55,857 nt of DNA from Ignavibacteria bacterium (lineage in GTDB: Bacteria; Bacteroidota; Ignavibacteria; Ch128b), in NCBI GenBank assembly GCA_049699815.1, contig JBNAWO010000003.1, positions 1 through 55,857 on the forward strand. The letters are read 5' to 3'. Made by a program: the position numbers and the translations under genes. Under the pieces are notes generated by a model. The model was not told where the DNA came from. It saw only the letters and a program-made list of their open reading frames with translations, and did not search any database. Below, one piece after another: positions 27,119 to 37,551 of this stretch; the first letter of the stretch is position 1, and each line of letters starts with the position of its first letter.

Positions 27119-29112
27119 CACTTTAAAATCATCATTTTTCTGATTAATGTTTTTTTGTCTGTCTCAAGTCTTATGAAATATGTTCCACTCGATAAATTTT
27201 GAGCATCGAATTCCTCTACATAAGTTCCCGGTGATTTTAATTCATCAATGATAGTACAGGTTTCATTGCCGAGCAAATCATACACCTTTAGTTTAACATT
27301 CGTTAATTCAGGAGTTGAATAAGTAATTACAGTTCTGGAATTAAATGGATTGGGATAGTTTTGCTTCAAATCAAAATCTTTTGGAATTAAACTCTCTTTT
27401 TCAACATCAGTAGAAATTAATTCGAACTCAAAGTGACTGAGATTAAATCCGCCGTTAAAAAATCTTGCTTCAAGTTGATGAATTCCCTGTGGAAGATAAA
27501 CATTGTCTAATTCAACAAATTGCCAGTTTTGCCAGCCATTTGTGTTTGGGACGTTGATTAATCCACTGCCAAGAATAATTCCATCCAATCTTAAAAGGAT
27601 TTGTCCGCCCGAATTCATTGAAGCTACATTTATTTTAATTTTATAGTTACCACTTTGCGTCACTTTGCAAGTATATCTCAACCATTCACCGTTTTGAATC
27701 CAGCCAACATTATAGCCATTCGAACCGAAGTCAAAACAAATTTCAATATCAACCCCATCATTTCTAAATTTGCCGCCAGAGTTCCATATTCCACCGCCGA
27801 CATTTTGATAATCAACATCATAATAAGCGTAATTTAATTTTCCTAGATCGAACTCGGTTGCATAGATGGTGCCTGGAATTAAATTTTCGTTAAATGGAAT
27901 TGTTTGATTATTGTTTGGTTGACGCATCAGAGCATCAATTACATCTTTTCTAATTTCACATAATTCAAACTTTAAATTTTCAGCTTGAAGCATTAGCGCA
28001 TTAAAAGCATAGGTAGCGCTTGGTCTTGGGCCTGAACCACCCCAATAATTCAAAAGCGTTCGATAAAAAGATGTCATAACAGATGAAATTGGAGATGTGG
28101 TTGTTTCTATTTTCTTCCAGGTCCACCATGCCCAGCCAATATTATTTCGTTTCATTAATTCAACACAATCAACAAACCATTTGTTTGAATTTTCACCAGT
28201 TTCACCGAGCCATAAAGGAACATTGTATTGATTTCTGAGATCGATCAAATATTGAATGCTTCCCTGATCGTTAGAATTCCAATATTTGTGAAAACTATAA
28301 ACCATATTATTATCCCAGGGTGGAGTTAAACCTGTAAAATCAGTTGCATACCAGTTCCCTTCGATAAAGATAATGTGATTTGTATCAACCGCTCTAATTG
28401 TATCAGTAATTCTAATATAAAGATCACGAAGCGGTTGATTATTTGGTGGAAGATTCCATTTCGGTTCATTCAGTAAATCGTATCCGCCAATCCATTCTCT
28501 GTCCTTATATTTTTCAGCAATCTTTCTCCAGATTTTGACAGTTAAATCTTTGTTTTGTTCACTTTGCCATAAAGAAGGATAGGCAGGATTGTAATCACTA
28601 ATGTTTTCATCACTTTGACCACCTGGAGCAGCATGCATATCTAAGATTAAATAAATTTGATTTGCCTCGCACCAAGCAAGAAGTGAATCAATTATTTCAA
28701 AACCTTTGTTGAGAAATTGAGGTGGATTTGTATTTACAGCAAAAAGATTCCAGTGAAAAGGAAGACGAATTGAATTAAATCCCCAGGCTTTGATTGAATC
28801 AATATCAACCTTTCTAATAAAATTTTTTCTGTAAGTCTCATAAAAAATTTCAGTGTTAGCTTCTCCAATCAGATCAACAATTTTTTGTCTTATTTGCCAT
28901 TGAGCATTTGCAAAACTGGATGTATGAAGCATATAACCTTCTTGCAGCAACCATCCACCAAGACCAATTCCTTTTAAATAAAATTCCTGACCCGTTCCAT
29001 CAACAATTACTTTCCCTTTTGCTTTTAGAAATCCTACTGAATGAAGCTCGGAATGAATAAAAAAGAATAAAAGTAGAAAAGAAATAAATGAAATTTTTTT
29101 AAAGAACCTCAT
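27118..29112 (-). CDS. GH5 family glycoside hydrolase with a CBM6-like module and T9SS C-terminal domain
   Basis: GFNSIRLPFHW, the acid/base context DLLNEP and the nucleophile context LWLGETGE. These are followed by a beta-sandwich-like region (YATEFD...YKIKINVAS) and FDLKQNYPNPFNSRT. ATG 29112 is preferred over GTG 29115 on spacing to GAGG. Confidence 0.8.
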   Translation of the reverse strand: MRFFKKISFISFLLLFFFIHSELHSVGFLKAKGKVIVDGTGQEFYLKGIGLGGWLLQEGYMLHTSSFANAQWQIRQKIVDLIGEANTEIFYETYRKNFIRKVDIDSIKAWGFNSIRLPFHWNLFAVNTNPPQFLNKGFEIIDSLLAWCEANQIYLILDMHAAPGGQSDENISDYNPAYPSLWQSEQNKDLTVKIWRKIAEKYKDREWIGGYDLLNEPKWNLPPNNQPLRDLYIRITDTIRAVDTNHIIFIEGNWYATDFTGLTPPWDNNMVYSFHKYWNSNDQGSIQYLIDLRNQYNVPLWLGETGENSNKWFVDCVELMKRNNIGWAWWTWKKIETTTSPISSVMTSFYRTLLNYWGGSGPRPSATYAFNALMLQAENLKFELCEIRKDVIDALMRQPNNNQTIPFNENLIPGTIYATEFDLGKLNYAYYDVDYQNVGGGIWNSGGKFRNDGVDIEICFDFGSNGYNVGWIQNGEWLRYTCKVTQSGNYKIKINVASMNSGGQILLRLDGIILGSGLINVPNTNGWQNWQFVELDNVYLPQGIHQLEARFFNGGFNLSHFEFELISTDVEKESLIPKDFDLKQNYPNPFNSRTVITYSTPELTNVKLKVYDLLGNETCTIIDELKSPGTYVEEFDAQNLSSGTYFIRLETDKKTLIRKMMILK

Positions 29113-29152
29113 CACATTTCCTCTTTACTTTTTAAATAAATAAATTAATAAA

Positions 29153-29212
29153 GTCACCCTTCGACAGGCTCAGGGTGACAATTTGTCATCCTTTAGTAAA
29201 CTCGAGATGACA
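29153..29212 (-). repeat. Tandem related hairpins (REP-like element or terminator) between GH3 and GH5
   Basis: GTCACCCT (29153..29160) / AGGGTGAC (29172..29179), and TGTCATC (29184..29190) / GATGACA (29206..29212). On the minus strand the second hairpin to be transcribed is followed by TTTATTAATTTATTT. Confidence 0.55.
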
Positions 29213-29240
29213 ATTCAAATAATGAATGACTTTTAAAATA

Positions 29241-31487
29241 TTATTTCAAATAAAACTTTGCTTGAAGATTTCCAATTGTTACGATGAATTCACCAGGTTC
29301 AATTATTCTTTTGTTGTTTATTCCAATGAATGAAAGATGATCTTTGTTGATTTTGAATGTAACGGTTTTTGTCTCACCAGGATTTAATTCAATCTTTTCA
29401 AAACCTTTTAATTGCTTATTTGGACGACTTACCTGGCCATAAACATCTGTAATGTACATTAAAACAGATTCTTTCCCCTTCATTGAACCTTCGTTCTTAA
29501 TGTCAATAGAAACAAGGATTTCGTCGTCTTCCGTCAATTCGGTTTTATTTAATCTCAAATTCGAATAAGAAAATTTTGTGTAACTCAATCCAAATCCAAA
29601 AGGAAGTAATGGATCATATTTATTTTCAGCGAAGTTTTCAATTGGTTTATAATCGTAGTGAACAATTGCGTTCGGATATTTTGGATAAGAAATTGGTAAC
29701 TTACCGCTTGGATTAACATCGCCAAATAAAACATCGACAATTGCATTTCCAGCTTCCATTCCTGGAAGAAAAGCAATCAATGCACCTTTCACATCATTAA
29801 AAATTTTTGTAATCAATCTTGGCCGACCTTCGACCATCACAAGTATAACTGGTTTACCAGTGGCGATTAATTTTCTTGCATAATTCAATTGAGCTTCGGG
29901 CAAAGTCAAATCGTTTATATTGCCTGGTGTTTCACAATAAGCTGGCTCACCAAGACATAGAATTATCACATCCGATTGTCTTGCTTTTTGCAAAGCTGAA
30001 TTTGTATTCAATTCTTTATCAAATGAACATCCTTCTTCAAATAAAACATTTTTCTTACCAATCTTTTCAATAATTGCTTCTAAGATTGTATTTTTTTCTT
30101 GAGGATATAAGTCTTCTTCATTTCCCTGCCAGGTGATTGTCCAACCACCGTTTAAAACTGAAAGTTTATTTGATGTTGGACCAGTTACAAAAACTTTTTT
30201 ATTCTTCTTTAATGGAAGAATATTGTTTTCATTTTTTGCAAGAATGATTGATTCTCTTGCAGCATCGAGATTTACCTGAGTGTGTTCTGAACTTGCAAAT
30301 TTTTCTAAATAATCTTTCTTTGGATACGGATTTTCAAATAAACCAAGTTCAAATTTTACTTTTAAGATTCTGCTTACAGCTTCGTCAATTCTCCACATTG
30401 GCACCGAACCTTCTTTAACAAGCTCTAAGAGTAGTTCATAAAAACTAAAATTGTATGGGACCATACTCATATCAACACCAGCCATAACAGCAATTTTAAC
30501 TGCTTCCTTTGGTGATGAAGCAATTCTATCTCTTGTATGAAGTCGAATTATATCTTCCCAATCTGAAACAACAAAACCATCAAACTTCAATTCTCCTCGA
30601 AGCACTTCAGTTAAAAGATGATAATTTGCATGGCCAGGAATTCCATCAACTTCACTTGAATTGACCATTATTGTTTTTGCTCCGGCTTTAATTCCAGCTT
30701 CAAATGGCGGCAAAAAATATTCTCTCAAAGTTCGTTCAGACATATATGCTGGAGTTCTATCAAATCCATTGAACGGAAAACTATAGCCTACATAATGTTT
30801 CAAGCAGGTTGCGAGTTTATCTGCCCGACTGACATCATTTCCTTGTGCCCCTTTGATGTAAGCCATACCGAGTTGTTGAGCCAGATGAACATCTTCGCCA
30901 AAAGTTTCCCACAATCTTGGCCAGAGAGGTTGACGACCAAGATCCATTACGGGGTAAAAATTCCAGGGAATTCCGCTTGCTCTTGTTTCAAGTGCGGTAA
31001 TTTCACCAATTCTATATGCGATATTTCTATTGAATGTTGAGGCAACAGCCAATGCTTGTGGAAATAAAGTTGCACCTTTTGTATAAGTTGCTCCATGAAT
31101 TGCATCAATTCCATAAATAACTGGTATTCCAAGTCTTGTTTTCTTAGTTGCGATGTCTTGAATTTTTGTAATTATTTCTTGCCAGTAATCGATTGAATGA
31201 GCTACATCGTAAACATTTAGAATTGAACCAATATGATATTTGACAATTGCTTCTTCAAGTTTCTTTTCGTCAAGTTCATGCTTTTGTGTTTTTGTTCCTT
31301 GTTTTTTAGATACAACTTCAAGGGTGATTTGAGTCATTTGTCCAATTTTTTCTTCAATTGTCATTTTTGAGATTAATTCCTGAACTCTCTCATCAATTGA
31401 TTTTGATTGTTGAGAAAAGAGTTGAGATGATATAAACAGGATTAGAATTGAAAAGGCTAAAAATATTTTTTTCATTTGAACACCCAT
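29241..31487 (-). CDS. bglX: GH3 family beta-glucosidase
   Basis: 748 aa with a signal peptide, the nucleophile context GFVVSDWE and a C-terminal Fn3-like domain (ELKGFEKIELNPGETKTVTF). An alternative start is ATG 31475 (MKKIFLAF). Confidence 0.88.
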   Translation of the reverse strand: MGVQMKKIFLAFSILILFISSQLFSQQSKSIDERVQELISKMTIEEKIGQMTQITLEVVSKKQGTKTQKHELDEKKLEEAIVKYHIGSILNVYDVAHSIDYWQEIITKIQDIATKKTRLGIPVIYGIDAIHGATYTKGATLFPQALAVASTFNRNIAYRIGEITALETRASGIPWNFYPVMDLGRQPLWPRLWETFGEDVHLAQQLGMAYIKGAQGNDVSRADKLATCLKHYVGYSFPFNGFDRTPAYMSERTLREYFLPPFEAGIKAGAKTIMVNSSEVDGIPGHANYHLLTEVLRGELKFDGFVVSDWEDIIRLHTRDRIASSPKEAVKIAVMAGVDMSMVPYNFSFYELLLELVKEGSVPMWRIDEAVSRILKVKFELGLFENPYPKKDYLEKFASSEHTQVNLDAARESIILAKNENNILPLKKNKKVFVTGPTSNKLSVLNGGWTITWQGNEEDLYPQEKNTILEAIIEKIGKKNVLFEEGCSFDKELNTNSALQKARQSDVIILCLGEPAYCETPGNINDLTLPEAQLNYARKLIATGKPVILVMVEGRPRLITKIFNDVKGALIAFLPGMEAGNAIVDVLFGDVNPSGKLPISYPKYPNAIVHYDYKPIENFAENKYDPLLPFGFGLSYTKFSYSNLRLNKTELTEDDEILVSIDIKNEGSMKGKESVLMYITDVYGQVSRPNKQLKGFEKIELNPGETKTVTFKINKDHLSFIGINNKRIIEPGEFIVTIGNLQAKFYLK

Positions 31488-31494
31488 TGTTATT

Positions 31495-33300
31495 TCAGTT
31501 TAGTAACAACATTTTTTTGGTCTGATGTGAATTGCTGTTTTGCAAAACATAAAGGTAAACACCCGATGAAGAAGTAAAATTTTTGATTTCATCAAAATTT
31601 AAATTTAGCGAGTAGCTCCCTTCTGTTAGATAGCCCAGTTCTTTTTTGATAATTTGTTTTCCAAGAATGTTGTAAAGTTTGAATGAATAATGATCCGGTT
31701 TGTAAATGTTATAAGAGATCGTTGTGATCCCATTAAAAGGATTTGGAAAGTTTTGATAAAGTTTAAAATTTTTTTCAGGTATAAAATTTCGATCATCAAC
31801 GCCAAGTGAAACCAGATCAATTACGATTCCATTTATCATTGAATTATCTCTGTGCGTTACAAAATAAATATCCAGATAACCATCGTTGATTTGAACATTA
31901 TTAATTTCTTTAACATATGCAGTATTTCTTCCAACTGAAGCATAAATATCAAAATTCTGAAGAACACGCTGTTGTTCAACCCAAACATCGAAAACTCGTT
32001 TACCAGCTTGATTATGATAATTTTCTGCAAACATTAACTTAACATTATAAACTCCGTTTGGGAGACGAACTTTATAGGTAGTCATTCCCCATTTTTCGGA
32101 TTGATATATTTCATCTTCATCTGTGTTGTTAATGCTAAATGAGTAAGATGAATTTCCACCATCAATTGAACCGTAATCAGAAGTTAATGACCAGGTTTGT
32201 TCGGGCAAATAACCGAGTGCAGCAGGTCCACCGCAATTTATCTTCAATGGAAAATTAAATTGAGTTTGTGTAACGATAGATACTGCTTTAGGACTCATTG
32301 TATTTGCGGGATTCCAATCATCTTTTACATTCATTACAACCAAAGTTTTTGGAGAAACAAAATCCCAGCCTGAAACCGTAAGCTCAACTGTTTTTTTATC
32401 TGAAAGCAATTTTGCTGAATCGATTGTTACTCCATAAATGATATAATTAGATTTATTTTGACTTGAAATTTCATCAAGTTCCTCTGAAAAGTTCACAAAA
32501 ATTTTTCCATTATGAACTTTAGCAGATAATAAGACTGGACCTTTGACATCGATGTATCCAATATTTGTGCTGTTTGTCAGGCATAAAATTAAATAACCAT
32601 CTTTGATAACAGCATTTTCTGGAATGAAATCGCAGCCATTCCCAACCCAGGTATGAGTAGCTTTATCCCATCTTGATGTATTCCAGTATTCAAAATCATC
32701 GGACCAAGAAAAAGTGAAGTTGTTTCCTGTTCCGTAATTACCAGAACCTGGTGTATAAAGATAATATTTTACCCAGTCGTAATAGGCAAAAGCCGGAAGT
32801 GCATCAGGGTTAAATTGACCGGCCCAATTTGTGGCTTCTGGATTCCATATATTCATCATCAATTTTTGAGGTTTGTTTAATGTCGGGATATGATCGCCAG
32901 TTTGACGATAAACTTCAACATCATCAACAAACCAGGCGACATAAGTTGGTGTCCATTCAAAAGCGTAAGTATGAAAATCTTCATGAGGTGAGAAAGGTAA
33001 AGGATAATGACTTACATGATTTGTCTGACCCGAAGTAATTGTATTGAATTGAATATCATTAGGATATCGACCAAGAATTTCAATATCAATTTCATTCCAG
33101 TTTTCAATACCACCCGAAAATTCATGATAAGTAAAGAAAGAAGAAAGCATTCCTTCACGATATGCAGATTTCATGCGGACTTCAAATCTACCATAAAGGA
33201 AAGCTTGTTTTGTTCTAAATTCGGCTCCTTTAAAATCTTTTGAGTAGAGTTGTGTAAACGATAAGGTTAAGAGCAGTATCAATAAATTTATTTTCTTCAT
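31495..33300 (-). CDS. GH16 family beta-glucanase (laminarinase/lichenase type) with Ig-like and malectin-like modules and a T9SS C-terminal domain
   Basis: Catalytic EIDIE is encoded at 33079..33093. A malectin-like block follows (KINCGG...YKVRLPNGVYNVKLMFAE...RVFDV). The C-terminus reads FKLYQNFPNPFNGIT. The start is set at MKKINLLILLL (ATG 33300). Confidence 0.85.
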   Translation of the reverse strand: MKKINLLILLLTLSFTQLYSKDFKGAEFRTKQAFLYGRFEVRMKSAYREGMLSSFFTYHEFSGGIENWNEIDIEILGRYPNDIQFNTITSGQTNHVSHYPLPFSPHEDFHTYAFEWTPTYVAWFVDDVEVYRQTGDHIPTLNKPQKLMMNIWNPEATNWAGQFNPDALPAFAYYDWVKYYLYTPGSGNYGTGNNFTFSWSDDFEYWNTSRWDKATHTWVGNGCDFIPENAVIKDGYLILCLTNSTNIGYIDVKGPVLLSAKVHNGKIFVNFSEELDEISSQNKSNYIIYGVTIDSAKLLSDKKTVELTVSGWDFVSPKTLVVMNVKDDWNPANTMSPKAVSIVTQTQFNFPLKINCGGPAALGYLPEQTWSLTSDYGSIDGGNSSYSFSINNTDEDEIYQSEKWGMTTYKVRLPNGVYNVKLMFAENYHNQAGKRVFDVWVEQQRVLQNFDIYASVGRNTAYVKEINNVQINDGYLDIYFVTHRDNSMINGIVIDLVSLGVDDRNFIPEKNFKLYQNFPNPFNGITTISYNIYKPDHYSFKLYNILGKQIIKKELGYLTEGSYSLNLNFDEIKNFTSSSGVYLYVLQNSNSHQTKKMLLLN

Positions 33301-33319
33301 AGAGTAACCTCTTATATTT

Positions 33320-33353
33320 AAAAAACCCGGATTCCTTAGATAGAGAATCCGGG
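33320..33353 (-). terminator. Hairpin plus T-run between the PorV-like gene and GH16
   Basis: Stem CCCGGATTC (33326..33334) / GAATCCGGG (33345..33353). On the minus strand it is followed by TTTTTT (33325..33320). Confidence 0.65.
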
Positions 33354-33366
33354 CGGAGAGCATCTA

Positions 33367-34404
33367 TCAGAAAGAAACGGTAAGAGTAAATTTCTGGATA
33401 TTGTTTAATCTTCCAAAATCCTGATAAGCATAATCCACTTTAACAGCCACATTACCCATAAGATTTTGTTTCAAACCAAATCCAAGAGCAAATGATTCTT
33501 CTGAATCATCGAGAAACAAAGATTTATAACCACCACGCAGGAAAAGAAAATCTTGAAATCCATATTCAAAACCAATATTTACACTTTCATAATCATCGCT
33601 TGGATGGAGCGCATCAAAGGCAAGAGTTAATTTGTGATTTGTTGATCTAATTGGATTGTAAGCTACACCAACTCTAAATGTAAGAGGTAAATCGTAATCT
33701 TTTGTTTCAAGATATGCAGGAATTTTTCCATTATTTCCTGTCGTATATGGGTCGGGATCATACAAAACAAGATTTGACTGACCAAGAAGCTGCATTGTTG
33801 TTCCAAAGTTTGATATCGACATTGCAAGAATTGCATCATCAAATGGAGTTATATATTGTACACCCATATCGATAGCAAAAGCACTTGCACTCATTTTCCA
33901 GATTCCTTGATAAACGAACTTTGGATTGAAACCAATTGAAAATCTATCTGTCAATTGCAAAGCATAAGCGAGACTAATTGCCATATCAGTAGCGGAGAAG
34001 ACTTCGCCTGTTCCCCATGGTTCGTCAATTGTTGTAACTTTCATATCGCCAATATTTGAGCCGGTAAAACTCACACCAATTGTTCCATAATCACCGATGT
34101 TATAACTTACCGCAAAGAAATTATATTTAGTACCCGCAATCCAATTTGTATAATCAATCATCACCTGACCACCTTGAGCTTTTGTTAAACCTGCTGGATT
34201 CCAGTAAATCGAACTGACATCATTAGCAACTCCAACAAAAGCAGAACCCATACTTATTGCTCTTGCACTCTGTCCAATTGAAAGAAAAGTTGCTGCAGTT
34301 GTACCTCTTTTAGAGACATTGCTTTTGAAAGTCTGTGCAAAAGCAAAACTTAAAGTAATGATTAAAATCACAGCTGAGTAAAAAATCTTTTTCATCATTT
34401 TCAT
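33367..34404 (-). CDS. PorV/PorQ-like outer-membrane beta-barrel protein
   Basis: 345 aa with a signal peptide. The N-terminal motif GQSARAISMGSAFVGVANDVSSIYWNPAGL is characteristic of the PorV family. Alternating beta-strand pattern, ending in ..FTLTVSF. Confidence 0.7.
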   Translation of the reverse strand: MKMMKKIFYSAVILIITLSFAFAQTFKSNVSKRGTTAATFLSIGQSARAISMGSAFVGVANDVSSIYWNPAGLTKAQGGQVMIDYTNWIAGTKYNFFAVSYNIGDYGTIGVSFTGSNIGDMKVTTIDEPWGTGEVFSATDMAISLAYALQLTDRFSIGFNPKFVYQGIWKMSASAFAIDMGVQYITPFDDAILAMSISNFGTTMQLLGQSNLVLYDPDPYTTGNNGKIPAYLETKDYDLPLTFRVGVAYNPIRSTNHKLTLAFDALHPSDDYESVNIGFEYGFQDFLFLRGGYKSLFLDDSEESFALGFGLKQNLMGNVAVKVDYAYQDFGRLNNIQKFTLTVSF

Positions 34405-34411
34405 CTCTCCG

Positions 34412-37400
34412 CTATTTAATTAATGCAAATTTGCCGATGTATTCTCCAATACCGGGAGCTTCAACATGATAAACATAGACACCGTAAGCGGCCTCCATTC
34501 CATCGTCAGTAATTAAATTCCAGGATACAGTTCCATCGAGATAACCAGAGTCTTTACGAATAGTTTTTATCAGCTGACCCGAAAGAGTATAGATTCTAAT
34601 CGTACACTTACTCGGAAGATTAATGAAATCAATTTTTCTTTCACCACGACCGGTTGTGTTCAGATTTCGTTTTTCCCAGGCAGCGGCACCCAGGTAAGGA
34701 TTAGGGACTACATCAATTTTTGATAGTTGTGTTTTAGCGAGTGAATTATCTGTAGTTGCAGCTTTTGTGGTAACAACAAATTTATCGCCTGTCTTAAATG
34801 GCTTTCTTGTCGTAATTACAAATTTGTCCCCACCTTTTGGATATTCAGGTTGAACATTTGGATCAAAAGGTGAATTGTAAGTAATATTCCAGGCAAATCT
34901 AATATTAGCAGGAGTTATTATTTTATCTTTGAACTCAAGAATTTGAATCACATCGCCAAGTGAAAGAGATTGAGATTGATCTCTATCCTGAACAGCGATC
35001 TTACTATATTTTTGTTCTGTTTTATTCCAGACCTTAAAGTTTACCGGAAATCTTCTATAAAGTGGTGGCGAAGAAATGTAACAGGTATCAGCTGGACCAT
35101 CATAAAATGTAATTTCGTAATCAGCGGGCCAGGGAACTCCACGAATTGGGGTCCGATCTGGAAATACATTCATTACTAAATTGCTATTACCAACTAACCA
35201 CCCGGTAAGAGAATCAATAACGGTGATAGCAGTATCATTTAAAACAGTAACTGCCAATCCATCAAATGGTGGACTTACTCTACCTTCTCCAATATAAGCT
35301 GAATCAACTTTTAAGATTGTATCTATCTCACTCCCTTTTTTTCTTACAACATCGAAACCCAGTGTTTTATAAAGAGGATAACCGTTAGTTGATTTGAAAA
35401 TAAATTCATATTGATTACCTTCTTCAACAATTTGAGGATTGTAAACATGAAATTGAAGTGAACCAGTACCAATTCCTTCGGTAACTTTTTTAGTATCACC
35501 GACTATCTGCGGTGGAACGTAACCAGCAACAGGTGCATTTGGAGTTACAACAGCGCAGTTAATATCAACAAATTGAACATTACCAGCATAATCGACAGTT
35601 ATAATTTTAGTACACTCGCTTGGCTGCAATCCAGTGGTACCATAGTTTGGATCACCCATATCGTATGAGACACAGGCATAATAATAAGTTACTCCATTTT
35701 TAACATCTGTATCGACATATGAATATTGTAGACCTGTGTCGTCACCTCTCCAGAAATGAGCGCCATTAATTCCAACTGGATCTGGACCTTTTATTCCATC
35801 AATCTTATCGAATTGAGCGATAGGTTTCCAGTATCGTGGAAGTCCACGAGAGTCTGTAATAACTTTGATGTCATTAAATTCGGGTTCCTGACTTCTATAA
35901 ATTAAATAGCCTTCAAAGTCCTTTTTGTAACCTTTGGTTGGGTCATTATCCTCATATCCTAAGAATGGGTCTCGAGATTCTTCAGCAATATTATCCCAGT
36001 AAAGAAATACTTTACCATCACCGGGAACAGCCGTTAACTTAGGTTTAATTGGAGGTTTTGAAAAATTATAATTGGCATTATAAATCTGTTGAACTGTTTC
36101 TTTATTAAAAACTAAGTCATTCAGGTCTTCACCGAAAACCAGAGCCATAGAGAAACGTTCTCTTAATCCTTTATAAAGCGGGAATGGACCAGAGGCGAAA
36201 ACCATTGAAATATTTGATCTCTGTAATGAAGTATCAAAAGTACCAGCAACCATTTTAAGCCACATAGATTCATCATCTTTGGGCCATCCTCCACCGGTAC
36301 CACCTTCACCAAGTCGGTAAATTGAAACAGCTGTCAAACCAATCTGGTCTGATTCATCTTTATCTGTTTTATCAAAATGTGGTTCACCATCAGTTGGTAG
36401 TCCATCACCTTCACCTTCATCAGGACCATTATATTGACGATCCCAAGGACCAACCCCATCTTTACCAAGATCATCGTTTAGAGGTTCGTTTTCTTCACGG
36501 TCCCATTTTCCGTTTCCGTTAAGGTCAGTGTAAGGGATCCAATCTCCATCATTATCTATTCCATCATCTCTCCTCTCATCAATCATACCATCTTGATCGT
36601 CATCAATTCCATTCCATGGATTACCCGGACTTTCCAGGTAAGCATATCCATACATACCAGTTTTCCATGCATCAGGTACACCAATTCCATCGTAATCATA
36701 GCAATAAGCTAAATCAAGTTTTAAATCAAAGGAAGCACAATCATCACCTGAGTCCTGAGTCCCACCAACGCCACAATCAGTATAAAATCCAAATACTGTG
36801 GTGGGATAATCAAAATCTGATATGTTCACAATGTCGTAGTGCCAAAAGATTATATCTTCAGCAAGAACATGAGACCATTGGAAACCACGAACTTCAATGC
36901 GAAGTCCCAGACCACCACGATCCGAATCAGCTGCGATTGGAAAATACAAATAAGGCGGTCTAGTGAACTCTTTATCTCTCGAATCATCCATAACGAAGAA
37001 AGTTTCAAAATCGGAATTCATTACTCCTCGACCGAAATAGCCGTACCAATATCCATTCCATTCAGGAGTTAAATTTAGAGCACGTGGCCAGATAGTTGGC
37101 CATGATTTTGGATCAGTATTAATTGCTGGTTTTGTAGAAGATGGATTAACATAACCTGGAACAGGCTCAAGTCCCCAGATTTCTCCTGTCACTGGATCTT
37201 TATCCATCCATTCACGATAAGAAGATTCAAGCGGATGAATTTTTTGTCCATTTCCAGGTGCCGTAACTTCGGAAGCAATCAATACACAAACACCATCAAG
37301 ATATGAGTGACCACTTCCTTTAGGCCATTCACCAGATGGTTGATAAGGCCATTGACCAACTTCACCATTATTATAAAATAAAGTTCGAATTTGATTACCG

Positions 37401-37534
37401 TCCATTACACCTTCACGGCGATACTGGATATTTCCTTTGGGTTCATCTCGATAAAGTTGAATTTGAGGTGGTACCTGTGAATATGTATATTCAGTCAAAA
37501 CTAAAAGAAAAATTAAAGCTATTTTCCGTATCAT
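34412..37534 (-). CDS. 1040-aa secreted protein with an acidic Ca-loop cluster, Fn3-like segment and T9SS C-terminal domain
   Basis: Signal peptide; IDDDQDGMIDERRDDGIDNDGDWIPYTDLNGNGKWD...; an Fn3-like stretch (GDGKVFLYWD...GYLIYRS...GVTYYYACVSYD). The C-terminus reads VVPNPYLG...IRIYTLSGQLIKTI...GVYVYHV. No catalytic motif was recognised. Confidence 0.7.
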   Translation of the reverse strand: MIRKIALIFLLVLTEYTYSQVPPQIQLYRDEPKGNIQYRREGVMDGNQIRTLFYNNGEVGQWPYQPSGEWPKGSGHSYLDGVCVLIASEVTAPGNGQKIHPLESSYREWMDKDPVTGEIWGLEPVPGYVNPSSTKPAINTDPKSWPTIWPRALNLTPEWNGYWYGYFGRGVMNSDFETFFVMDDSRDKEFTRPPYLYFPIAADSDRGGLGLRIEVRGFQWSHVLAEDIIFWHYDIVNISDFDYPTTVFGFYTDCGVGGTQDSGDDCASFDLKLDLAYCYDYDGIGVPDAWKTGMYGYAYLESPGNPWNGIDDDQDGMIDERRDDGIDNDGDWIPYTDLNGNGKWDREENEPLNDDLGKDGVGPWDRQYNGPDEGEGDGLPTDGEPHFDKTDKDESDQIGLTAVSIYRLGEGGTGGGWPKDDESMWLKMVAGTFDTSLQRSNISMVFASGPFPLYKGLRERFSMALVFGEDLNDLVFNKETVQQIYNANYNFSKPPIKPKLTAVPGDGKVFLYWDNIAEESRDPFLGYEDNDPTKGYKKDFEGYLIYRSQEPEFNDIKVITDSRGLPRYWKPIAQFDKIDGIKGPDPVGINGAHFWRGDDTGLQYSYVDTDVKNGVTYYYACVSYDMGDPNYGTTGLQPSECTKIITVDYAGNVQFVDINCAVVTPNAPVAGYVPPQIVGDTKKVTEGIGTGSLQFHVYNPQIVEEGNQYEFIFKSTNGYPLYKTLGFDVVRKKGSEIDTILKVDSAYIGEGRVSPPFDGLAVTVLNDTAITVIDSLTGWLVGNSNLVMNVFPDRTPIRGVPWPADYEITFYDGPADTCYISSPPLYRRFPVNFKVWNKTEQKYSKIAVQDRDQSQSLSLGDVIQILEFKDKIITPANIRFAWNITYNSPFDPNVQPEYPKGGDKFVITTRKPFKTGDKFVVTTKAATTDNSLAKTQLSKIDVVPNPYLGAAAWEKRNLNTTGRGERKIDFINLPSKCTIRIYTLSGQLIKTIRKDSGYLDGTVSWNLITDDGMEAAYGVYVYHVEAPGIGEYIGKFALIK

Positions 37535-37551
37535 CCTTCATCTCCTGATTA

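Noticed and set aside
33301-33363. N-terminal extension of the GH16 ORF; the mce ORF extension at 17201..17281 is a similar case
   Set aside because: The GH16 extension runs through the terminator hairpin 33320..33353 and precedes an obvious signal peptide that starts at ATG 33300. The mce extension is hydrophobic junk ahead of the conserved [12 protein letters not shown] start.
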